In this document: positions 1-12,457 of the stretch, one piece after another
Numbering within the stretch: position 1 is the first letter of the stretch
How the letters are laid out: each line of letters begins with the position of its first letter
Source: Ministeria vibrans ATCC 50519
Taxonomy: Eukaryota; Protista; Filasterea
Assembly: GCA_943704425.1 (NCBI GenBank)
Contig: CALSCP010000257.1
Location: 1-64,000 of the forward strand
DNA length: 64,000 nucleotides
Reading direction: 5' to 3'
The notes under the pieces: model-generated
Seen by the model: the letters and a program-made list of their open reading frames with translations, nothing else
The model's database searches: none
Told to the model about the DNA's origin: nothing
Made by a program: the position numbers and the translations under genes

Positions 1-457
1 CCTGCAGATATTCCAGAATCGCGCCGGACTCCGCCACACCACGCGCTGCTTCGATGCCCCTCCAAACACCTTTTTTCATCCGTTTTTTTTTATTCTTTTA
101 CCAAAGCGAAAAAGTTGATTAGAAAAAAGTGATGAATCAATGATCACCCAAGATCAGGCCAAAGAAACGTTGAATCGATGAATTTCAATGCGGTAATAGG
201 CAGGTGCACTCATGACTCAATAGTCAATTAGTCAATGGCCAATTTTACCAATGCGCTCAATGTGCTTTCTTTGATTGATCGTTTGTTTTTTTGCTGTCAA
301 CTAACAAAATAAATAAAATAAAAACTCACCTGAGAGTAGTAAGAGCCAGAGCCCGGCTGCCCGCTCAGTGTCTCGGTCAAGGACTCAAGGCGGTCATTTG
401 ACATTCAGCTCGTACCCACTTGGCCAGAGAAAAATTCACTCACATCGAAAATTCTAA

Positions 458-2565
<2,108 letters not shown>

Positions 2566-2679
2566 ATTTAATGTCAAATACACGTTTCTTTTTTTATTAT
2601 AATTATTTTTCTTTTTATTATTATATTTCTACGATATAGAGTACAGCTAGATGGTTTTGAAATGAGGAGAGGGGAATTG

Positions 2680-4573
2680 CTAGAGGAGGGCAGCTTCGAT
2701 GGACTGGAGGCGTAGGTAGAGAGTGACAGAGGAGGCGGAGAGAAGGAGGACGAGGCAGGTGAGGGAGAGATGGAGGCAGCAGAGGGTCTTGGAGGGAGAA
2801 TGGAGAAGAGGGGGGGAGTAAGATGAGGAGGAGGAGGGGAGTGGGGGAGAAGGGGAAGAAATAGGACCGGTAGCGGGCAAGACGTGAGTTGCGTGAGAGG
2901 ACGGGAGAGCAGATGGGGCGGTGAGGGGGGCAGGGGAAGACTTGGAGCGCGTCTTGTTGCTGGTGGTAGTGGTAGTGGTAGTGGTGGTAGTGCTAGTGGC
3001 GGTGGATGGTTTCGCAGTAGTGCTGGAGGGGATAGGCATAACGAGGGGAACGGGGACCGACTGACGCAGTTCAGCTACAAATTGGCGAGTGTGACGGTCA
3101 AACTCTGACAGATACATTTTCATGCCCGCATGGTACTGTCGGTTGATGATCACTGCGAGAGAGAGAATGAGTGCTATCTGTATGTATGTATATATATATG
3201 TGTGTGTGTGCGTGTGTATGTATGTATGTATGTATGGATGTACGGTGTGTTGTGTCTTTGTATTGTGTGTGTGTGTGTGGTTCGTACTCTTGACAAAGGT
3301 GCTCTTGAGCCAGGTGATGGTGAGGGAGACGCGCAGATGACACGTGCGGCTGGTGCGAGCAGTGGCACAGTAGCGCACGTGGTTGACAAAGGTGTCACCG
3401 TACATCACTTCCGGGTTGGTTGAGTCGACATTCATGACAAACACGTTACGACAGTCTGCAATGGGCCACGACAAACTGTGCTCCATTGACGTCAGTGCTT
3501 GTTTAGGGCCCTAGACAGAAGTGTGGGATTAAAGAGTCACATAATGCAAGGGAGGAAGAGAGTGGTGCGTGCGTGTGCGTGTACGTATATTATATATAAT
3601 AAATTTATAATTATATTATATAATATTATATATATAAATTATAATTATTATATATGTATGTATGTGTGTGTGTGTGTTTGTGGGGCAGAGGTAGAATGAC
3701 AGGATGAAAGTGAATGATGGAAAATTGTGGTGATACCCAAGACTGGTTCATGGGCATGATGAACTGGATGTGACGCGTGTGGTGCGTCTCACGGTCCGCC
3801 CACGGTTCAATGACAATGTCGCGGTACTTGAGGGACTCGTAGAAGCGCAGGTAGGTCGGAGAGTTGTCGGCGAACATTAACGAATACAGTTCCTCGACGG
3901 TGCAGTTGTAGTCGACGTCGAGGAAGATGTGCTCGTGGTGTTTGGCGCAACCGCACACGGCATTGATTGCTACAGTGGTCAGTGGGGTGAGAAGGAGAGT
4001 TTGCAATCAAAGGAACAGGAGAGTGTACGGTATTCGGGGGTGTCTGCTGAGGGCACGAGAGGGGTCTGGTCGGCCGGAGACGGGTCGAATTCGTCTGACT
4101 CGGGGAGCGAGTCGAGTGTGCTGGCACTGGAGCGGGGAGGGGGCGACGCACTGGCATCGATGGACAGCGCTGAGGGACTCGTACCACTGCCGAGACTGTG
4201 ACGGGGTGGATTCGCAGTGGTAGTGGCGGTGGGAGTGAGTGTGGCCGGGGACGATGCGCTGCGCTGCGAGGGCGCACGGCGCTTGATCACGCGTCGGCCG
4301 CGCACAATGAGCGCCTGATGCCGACCTCCCGCACACCTAGAGAGCAAAGCGTGAACTTTGCTCTACACTATCTCTCATCCGTCTGTCTTTCTCTTCGTAC
4401 CCCACTGCTTTGTACGACTGAAGACACTTTCGGCACGACCCGTGACGCGACGTGAGTGACGCGTGAAATCGGCACGCTGACGTGTGATTTTCGCTCTCGC
4501 TAAAGTACTCACGACACTGTCCACATTTGCTCACCAGATCCTACCCAGAGTAAAAATGTTATTATTTTAATAC

Positions 4574-4610
<37 letters not shown>

Positions 4611-5738
4611 TACCTCGGGGTCTTTTCCACACTCTTCAAAGAATTCGTGGCACTTTTTGTGACAAATTGCATAACACTCTACCCAGTCAAGTGAAGTTGA
4701 GTGAGTTTTGTTTTGTTTTGTTTTGAGTGACACCACAGACACACTTACTGCGACAGGCATAGCCCTGCTTTCCAATTCCCAGAACAGGTTGTGAGCAGTG
4801 AAAGCAGATTTCAATCGAGTGAAAATGCTGAAAAAGAGAGATAGAGAGAAAGAAGGAAGAAACAAAGTGAGAGAGGAGAAAGAAACAAAGTGATAGAGAG
4901 GAGAAAGAAACAAAGTGATAGAGAGGAGAAAGAAACAAAGTGATAGAGAGAGAAAGCGATGAACACACGATGAACACAAAGTGATAGAGAGGAGAAAGAA
5001 ACAAAGTGATAGAGAGAAAGAAACAAAGTGATAGAGAGAGAAAGCAATGAACACAACAAAGTGATAGAGAGAAAGAAACAAAGTGATAGAGAGAGAAAGC
5101 GATGAACGCAACACAATCCATTTTTTAAGAATCGCTTTTACCTTGGCGTAAAATTCGTGGCCATTGACCGCGTGAATGCGGGAATTGGCGGGGTTACTGG
5201 AGGAGGAGACGGACGTGGTGCTGCCTGGACGTGCCTCTTTTGACAGTTTGCGAGAGGAGGAGGCGGAAGGAACGCTGTTGTTGTTGTTGTTGTTGTTGGT
5301 GTTTTGAGGGACCTCCTGCGACGAGCTGTTGCCATCGGTCAGTTCGTCGGGCGTCGAGTCGTCGTCGTCGTCGACATCGGCGGGCGCCCCCACCACGCGA
5401 ATGTGGTAGCGTGCGGAGGGAGTGGAGCCGTCGATGGGCACAACAGCGCCGTCCTCGGCGACCAGGACGATGGGGATGTGGCTTTGTACGGCGCAAGCGG
5501 CCCGGATGCACTTTTCTAAGGCGTCTGCCGTGGTCGACGACGCATACGAAATGCGCACGTCGCTAAACGCCCCCTCGTCGTCCGCCTGGCTGTCGTTGGT
5601 AGTCTCGGCGTCGCTGGGCGCCCGCGAACTGCGCCTGCGTCCGGCGCCTGAGGATGGCACAACCAATGACAGAACTTTGCGTTCTTCCTCCGCTTCGCTC
5701 TTGGCCGGCCCACCGGCCGTTGGAGAACCCTTGGGCAT
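2680..5738 (-). CDS. VASt (Aster/GRAMD1/LAM-like) lipid-transfer protein with N-terminal ubiquitin-like, C1 and CHORD-like Zn domains and a C-terminal TM helix
   Basis: Manual splicing gives C1 HEFYAK|HFHSIEICFHCSQPVLGIGKQGYACR|KCYAICHKKCHEFFEEC; then KCGQCREYFSESENHTSACRFH...CRKC...GCAGGRH; VASt (LDVDYNCTVEELYSLMF...PW...R.IQF...NPEVMYGDTF...RYC...LRVS..I.W.KS..VK); hydrophobic tail CLHLSLTCLVLLLSASSVTLYLRLQSIE. Confidence 0.85.
4846..5108 (-). repeat. Intronic minisatellite, unit about 23-25 nt (ctctctatcactttgtttctttctc), about 9 copies
   Basis: Repeated aaacaaagtgatagagag on the + strand inside intron 1 of the VASt gene. Confidence 0.9.
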
Positions 5739-6066
5739 TTACAATGGACGGAAAAGGGTAAGTGGGAGGGGGTCAATTGACGTTTTAGGTATAAGGTTGA
5801 AGAGAGAATTGAATAAAAATTAAATAATAAATTAAATGGCCCAAATGAGTTCATTCATCATTGAGTTGTCTACACTGTCTAATAAAATGTGAATAAAATG
5901 TCGCCATGTCATTGGTCTGAGCCGAAAAAGGATCACCGTTTACCGACAAAACCCGCCGATCATCTAGAGTTTCTAAATTCTAACACGAAAAGCTGAGGTT
6001 AAGTGGTTTCGTTTGATTTTTGCTTACTAAATTACTAAAGGAGTAAAGGTAAAAGGTCACTTTTTA

Positions 6067-7498
6067 ATGCTCATTAGTCTGCTCGGTAGACGGATCTTTT
6101 CTTTGAAACACTCAGCATCATTTCCTGTCCGAAACCTGGCAATACGCAAGTTTTATCCACGCAATCGACACATGAAGCGAAGCAGTGACTGTGTGGCCGC
6201 AAGCGAGGAAGAGCCCAAGGCAAAGGACAACCGCAAAGGCACAGGGCCGCCTGAGGTGAAGCGTCCTCGTCCAGCTGAGAAGAAGCGTCGTTTTGCCCTC
6301 CTCATTGGCTATGTTGGAACAAAGTACCTCAATCAATCGCACAAGCCATCTCTTCTCAGACTCCCTCCGCCGCCCGCCCGCCCCCTCTCTCCGCAGCTAC
6401 TATGGAATGCAGTCGCAGGTGACCACCGAGGACGAGCACCCGACCATTGAAGGTATCTTGCTTGCACTCGATCGCTGTCATGCGTTGCGCCGATCCTGAC
6501 TGTTTTTTCATGTGCAGGTGCACTTTTGAAGGCATTTAGCGACTCGGGAGCGGTCTCGCTGGACAACGCAATGAATCTAGGGAAGATTAAGTTTCAGCGG
6601 ACGGCGCGCACGGACCGGTATGTGTCGGCGTGCTCGCAGGTGGTCTCCTGCAATCTGTTGCATCATGAGGATCTGGTGGAGCGCATCAACCGCCACCTTC
6701 CCGACGACATCCGCGTGTTTGACGCCATCAGAACCACCGGCAGCTTTCACTGCAAGAACGCTTGCACATCCCGGGAATACAAGGTCAGATTCCACAAGCA
6801 AACGGGCGAGTTGTTTATCGTATTTAATCTGTAGTATCTCGTGCCAACGTTTGCCTTCGCGCCAATGAAAGAAGCCAATTCGGAATTCCGACTTGAGCCT
6901 CAGCGACTCAGTACCATCCGGAGACTGTTATCAGTAATCTAAGAAAGAAACTGTGTGTGTGTATGTTTGTTTCGTAAGTCTGTTTCTCTGACTGTCCTCT
7001 GACTGTGATCGTGTTTGTAGGAGTATGTCGGGACACACCCGTTTCACAACTTCACGTCGGGCAAGGTACAGGGGGACATGAGCGCAAACCGGTTTATTAC
7101 GTCGATTGAGTGCTCAGACCCCTTTGCCATGGACGGATATGAGCTGGTGGAGATGACTCTGTCTGGCCAGTCCTTTATGCTTCACCAGATTCGCAAGATG
7201 CTTGGCCTCGTCATGGCAATGGCTAGTGACCGCTGTACCCAGCCAGACGCAATTCAGACTGTACGTTATGACCACCTTTTGAAAATCCTAATTTTTTTAT
7301 GCCAAAATATCATCTTTCTTTGTATAGGCATTCCGTGCACGCACATTCGACGTCCCGCGTGCGCCCGGGACCGGTCTGGTCCTGCATCGGGTCTTTTTTG
7401 CCGACTACAACCGACATATCCAGGGCCAGCACCCGCCCCTGGTCTTTCCGCACGACTCCCCTGTCGGCCAGCGCATTGCCCTCTTCAAGACCACAAAG
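6067..7498 (+). CDS. PUS1: tRNA pseudouridine synthase PUS1 (TruA family); final exon apparently missing
   Basis: KRRFALLIGYVG..YYGMQ, PTIEG.L, FQRTARTDRYVSA (catalytic Asp), HLPDDIRVF, GTHPFHNFT, GQSFMLHQIRKM, VPRAPGTGLVL; last recognisable exon ends FKTTK|gt at 7498. Confidence 0.92.
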
Positions 7499-7584
7499 GT
7501 CTTCTTGCTCCCCCCCCCCCCCCCCTCATTTTTTGTGTATGTCTCACTTGCATAATGTCTTACTCCTTATTGTTGTTTTTGTAG

Positions 7585-7781
7585 CATTTATTCTTCCTGG
7601 CGCGTGTTACATCAAACTGGCCAGTGGAAAGATTTTGTCGTGGAAGAAATTTCCCGCTTTGCTGTTGACTTCCTTTGGAGTGATCGTACTTGTGGTGGGC
7701 TCAGTGGAGACGATCATTGATGCAGTTGCTGGAAATGGTCCCTCTGGGCTTGTGTGTGGCGGGAACTCAACGCGGACATAA
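7585..7781 (+). CDS. Orphan terminal exon of an SLC38/Aa_trans amino-acid transporter (SLC38A11-like)
   Basis: After acceptor ttgtag: (A)FILPGACYIKLASGKILSWKKFPALLLTSFGVIVLVVGSVETI...C...*; resembles the last two TM segments of SLC38 transporters; out of phase with the PUS1 donor. Confidence 0.7.
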
Positions 7782-7913
7782 AACTCAATAATAAACTTTG
7801 TGTACTCAGAATATTGACTCTTTACTCTACTCCCCGCTCCGTTCTCTCTCTCACTCACTCACTTCTCCCTCTCTCAGTACAACACAAAAGAAAACAAGGG
7901 GATATATGTTTTG

Positions 7914-8371
7914 TTAGAAATCATCAATGACCAGAACACAGGGTCCGCCGTGGATGACGTCGATGCCGCCCTCTTCGGCTCTGCGAACGGCCAAGGGCGA
8001 CTCAGCGCCTGGCTGGAACCACAGCGTTTTGATGTTGAGACGCAGCGCCTCATCCACGATGCGCTCGGTGACCGCAGGCGGTGTGATCACACTGACAGCA
8101 TAGGACGAGGCGTCAGAAAGCTCAGAGAGCGATTTAGAGCAAGCAACGCCCTCAATGGTGGGTCTGAATATAAATATAATGGGGATGGGCTCAGAAATGA
8201 ATTCAAATTTGTTGCGAGAATGAGATACGTTTTCGGGTTGATCGGCACTACCGACTTGTTCAGGGCAACGTAGCGACGCAGCACCTCGTTGCCAATCTTG
8301 GCGCGGTCGGCTGATGCGCCCACAACAGCAAACTTTTCGTGCAACACAAATCTTGCGATTCGTGCCTGCAT
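7914..8371 (-). CDS. CoA-binding domain protein (YccU/CoA_binding_2 family), 1 intron
   Basis: FAVVGASADRAKIGNEVLR...VVPINPK|..IEG...SVITPPAVT..IVDEA...LWFQPGAE...GPCVLV. Confidence 0.9.
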
Positions 8372-8822
8372 TGCGGTAGTGGCAGAGCGAGTCCTCGTGG
8401 TGTATGTTAGGGGCGGATAGGGGTAATCCTTTGGGCTTTGAGAGGAAAAAAGTAAGTGTGAAAGTGACTAGTGACTGACTACCCAACTAAGTTGAAGTGA
8501 AAACTCAACTGAACTTGACTCTGAGGTGGTTTGCCAATTTCGCACCTCACCTCCGCCGCCTCCACACCGCACGGTTTCCCTCAAGCTGACAAGCTCCTTC
8601 TTCAGGTTCTTCTTCTCATTGCACACCAACCCTGCCGAGTGCGTTTGAGCCAAGCTCATCGCAGAGGGTGCACAGTGGGTGAACCTCTCTCTGTGCCGTA
8701 GGAGCACCAGCAGAAAATAAGCAATTGGCCCCCGTCAGGTCTACGCTTTGGCAAACGAATCGAACAATGGCACAGGTACAACAACGTTCGCAGAGTGAAA
8801 ACATCTCACTGTGTGTATTCTT

Positions 8823-11800
8823 TCATGAGGAATACAGGGGTTCCTTGCGCACCTGAGCAATGAGTGCGTCATTGTGTTCGCGTACCAGTGACTGCACATT
8901 AGCCTTCACCTTTGAATAGTCGCTCTCACTTGATTTGCTTGCAATCGTCTAAAAAGATTAATGCAATTATTATTATTAAAAGAAGACATCAATTTTTATG
9001 TAAAAACTCATTGACTCATTCGTGAGTCACAGTCCTCGATAGTCATACTCATTCGTTGATCAGCATCAAAGACTCGGTCATAACACAATTCTACGTATCA
9101 TATGGTCGATTGAGGGTTACCTGACTGACAGTAAAGTTGGTCGACAAGTGTTGGCGCAATTTGGTCTCGAGTGCCGTCAATTGCGAATGTGTCTCGTTCT
9201 CACTCAATTGTTTGCGTTTCTCTTCATAAGCAGAGCTCAACTAAAACACAGACACACACACACACATACATACACACACTGAGTCAAAACGCGCTACTAA
9301 TTTATAGTAAGGAACTTTTTGTTACGGATTTGATGAGCTTCTGATAAGACTGTTTCTGCACGGTCAATTGTTCCATTTCTTCGGCTCGTTTAGCTTTGGT
9401 TTTTGTCGCTTCTCGTTTAACTCGATCAGTGTCTAAAAAATTCTATAATTTAAGCCCTAATAATTATGACGATTGTTACGTCTTACCGGAATAGAGAGAC
9501 AGTTCCGACTTCATTTGGACCATTTTCTCTTTCAATTGTTGCATTTCAGTGGTAATTTTCGCTTCCAACTGTGAAATTTTCAGCAGATCATTCTTCAATT
9601 GATCGCGTTCTAATCACAATAAAATAAGAGCAAGTGGAGAGGTGGATAATGACAAATGACGTTTACGTGTTTCAAGTCCCTTTGCGGTATTTTGGCTGTC
9701 CTTCAAGTGACGAGACTTGACGTTGAGATCACTCTGCATTGCCTGAAAGGAATCCACCGATGGAACTAAACTACTGCTCACAATCACCTAAAACCCAATG
9801 TGAGTATTAGTATACGATTGAAACTGATGGAGGGTTGCACTGAAAGTAAGGTTTGTGGGTGGAATACGTGACGGATTGAGTATCAAACTACTAAGAATTG
9901 AACAACAAAAATAATAGTATTGAGATTCGAATTCTCATTAGTGAGACTAATCAATCAATAATATTGACCTTGTGGTGTTTGAGTGTCAGGGAAAATGGAA
10001 TTTTGAACCATATTGGTTGAAAGAGAGCGAAAAAACAAAACAATAACAATAAGTAATAATAATAATTATAAAATTAGATTTTTTGTAGATGTCTTCTTCT
10101 TCTTCTTCTAGGATTCTTGTGTGTCTTACTCTTGAGATTCGTTCAAGTAATGTCACATTTTGCTTTTGCAGTTGAGCCACTTTCTCGTTCTCACTTTTCA
10201 TTTCTTCTGGAAATGAACTCAAAAACGACTAAACAAAAGATGTATCAATTTCGATCTCGTTGTTTTTCTTCGTACGTCCATTTCTTTCTCTCTTTTGCGC
10301 AGTTCCAAATACTTTTGATGTCGTTCGTCTAAAGAAGTCGGGAAATTTCACAAAATTATCAACCACAATGCATAACACACACACGCGCACACACCCACAT
10401 GCAGACACACACAAAATGCACTCAAGAATACAATCACTCACTCACTATCAAACGGAACCCACAAACAACAACATTCTAACTTACCGTTCTGCTCTTCCTC
10501 TCTCACATCCCATTCGCTAATTTGGTCCTTCACTCGAAACACCTTCTCCTGAACCACCTTTGTCTTTCTTTCCAGTGCCGCAATCTCTTGATTATCGTCC
10601 TTGACCTAAAATACCCAAGAATTATTATTGTTTTATTTTTTAATTATCCATTTGCACCACTCAATTGAGTTTGTTGTTACCTGCTTGAGCAGTTTTTCTC
10701 TCTGTTGTTCTTCTGTTCCTCCTTCCAATTCCCTCATTTCCTTTTCGACACTTTCGATTTTCTCTCTGATTTCACGTCGCTCCTCAGTCAGTCGCGCAGA
10801 GACCTGCGAGAAAAATAGTACCAACCGTTTCAATCATTCTCATGTGCAACAGAATACTTTGTCCCTCTAATTTGTTCTTTCTCTTTTCTTTCTCTCTTTT
10901 TGTTATGCACACACATACACACAACGCCAGTATTGACCTGTCTCAGGGGCTCATCTGCGACAGTGCGCTCGAGCGTATCTCTTCGCTTCTCCACCGTCTC
11001 CATCTGCAGCTGCATCTGCGCCACCTGTTCCCCTGTCCGCCCTGTCTCTTCTTTCAGACGGCTGTACGTTCGTCGCTGGTCACTCCCCAGTGTTGAAATC
11101 AGTGACTCTCCTGCTTTCCGTTCCTACAGCCCGTGCACAAGTCAGCGACACCAATTAATAGTCATACTATTACCTTTGCACAATCTGCTTCCGCCTTTTT
11201 CAGCTTTCCCTCCACCTCACTGCGCTTCTCAAACACTTCATCAATCGCACGTGTTTCATGCTCGTTCTGCAGCGCCAATCGCGCTCGATCTCCCAAAATA
11301 TCGTCAATGTCGCTGTCTGTGTTAATCTATAACAACATAACTTGTTTAGAACATTCCTCTTGGGTTTGGCTTTGTCCCATTAATTTGGAGGTTTTTTACT
11401 TTGTCGACAAGTGTGTTGTAGTCGCCAAGCTCTCCTTGCAGCACACGGATCTCGTGGGCGATTCCTTCCGCCTTCTTCTCGTACGCCAGAGCATTCTGAC
11501 TGTCCTGTTGTCGCTCGTCCAAGTCGCCCTGAAGCCGCGTAATTTCGTTGGTCAGCTCGTTCACCTTCTGTCGCAACAGTCCAAAAAAGTATGTCTGATC
11601 CTGGACCACGCGAGTGGGGCCTGCACACAACAATTGTCATAAGTTGGTGACTAATACAAAACGATCCACCACAATACCCTGCGAGCCTGTTTTCAGCCCA
11701 CCAACGCCCTGGCTTGTCAACGGTCGTCCTCCTGCCCCGCTCGCCATCTGCGGCACTATTCCAGGTCTAAACCCTGGTGCTGCGGCGCCACCCACGCCTG

Positions 11801-12183
11801 TTGTGAGGCGTGCTGTTGCTACACAAGAAGAGAGGGCGTTTGTGATTGAGTGATAGAGTTCATAGCAACCAACAAAAGAAAGACAAAACGAAGGCCAACT
11901 CTCAAGGGCCCACCGCTACAAAATGGTATTCACACTTTGAAATATCAGCCACCTTCATGTAGACAGTGCGCCATCGTAGCGTTATAATATATTTGATTTT
12001 GTGTTTTTAAAAAAAACACAGAAAAAAACGAAAATTTTGAGGTAAAAGAGCAGTACCTCCTCGACCAGGACCACCTGCACGACTTGGTACTCGGCCTGCT
12101 ACGCCACCTACCCCACCCACTCCAGCGGCCGCACCGTACCCGCTTGAGGGTCGGCGTCCTCCGCCCGCTCCTCGCGAATCCAT
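8823..12183 (-). CDS. IFT74: Intraflagellar transport protein 74, many exons
   Basis: Gly/Arg-rich N-terminus MDSRGAGGGRRPSS; RPLTSQGVGGLKTG..GPTRVVQDQTYFFGLLRQK; YEKKAE...LQGELGDYNTLVDK; REKLLKQVK.DN.EIA.LE; ENETHSQLTALETK; IASKSSESDY; stop at 8825-8823. Confidence 0.93.
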
Positions 12184-12457
12184 CGTTCAAACAGCCAAGC
12201 GATCCGATCAAATGACAAATCTACTCTCAAGGGGTGTGCACTTGTGCACTCGTGCTCAAAGAAAGAATAGAAATAATTAATTTTATTATTATTTTATTTT
12301 TGAAAAATTAATTGATTTTGACATTGATTGACTCATTTGACTGTATTATTTCAATTTTTGCTTCACTCCACCCTCATCAAGCTGACAAGTGGCACCGCCA
12401 CACAGCCCTCTTGCGGTCTTGTCACGCCTGTTTCCTAACCGCTGTTTCGATTTCCTC

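Noticed and set aside
330-404. Possible minus-strand first exon MSNDRLESLTETLSGQPGSGSYYSQ|gtgagt, only 68 bp from the RUVBL1 ATG
   Set aside because: Good donor site, but no convincing downstream exon or homology; not supportable without RNA data.
4846-5108. CRISPR-like repeat array
   Set aside because: No unique spacers, low complexity, intronic and eukaryotic, no cas genes.
8550-8804. Cys-rich minus-strand ORF with in-frame TGA as a selenoprotein
   Set aside because: No selenoprotein homology, redox motif or SECIS recognised.
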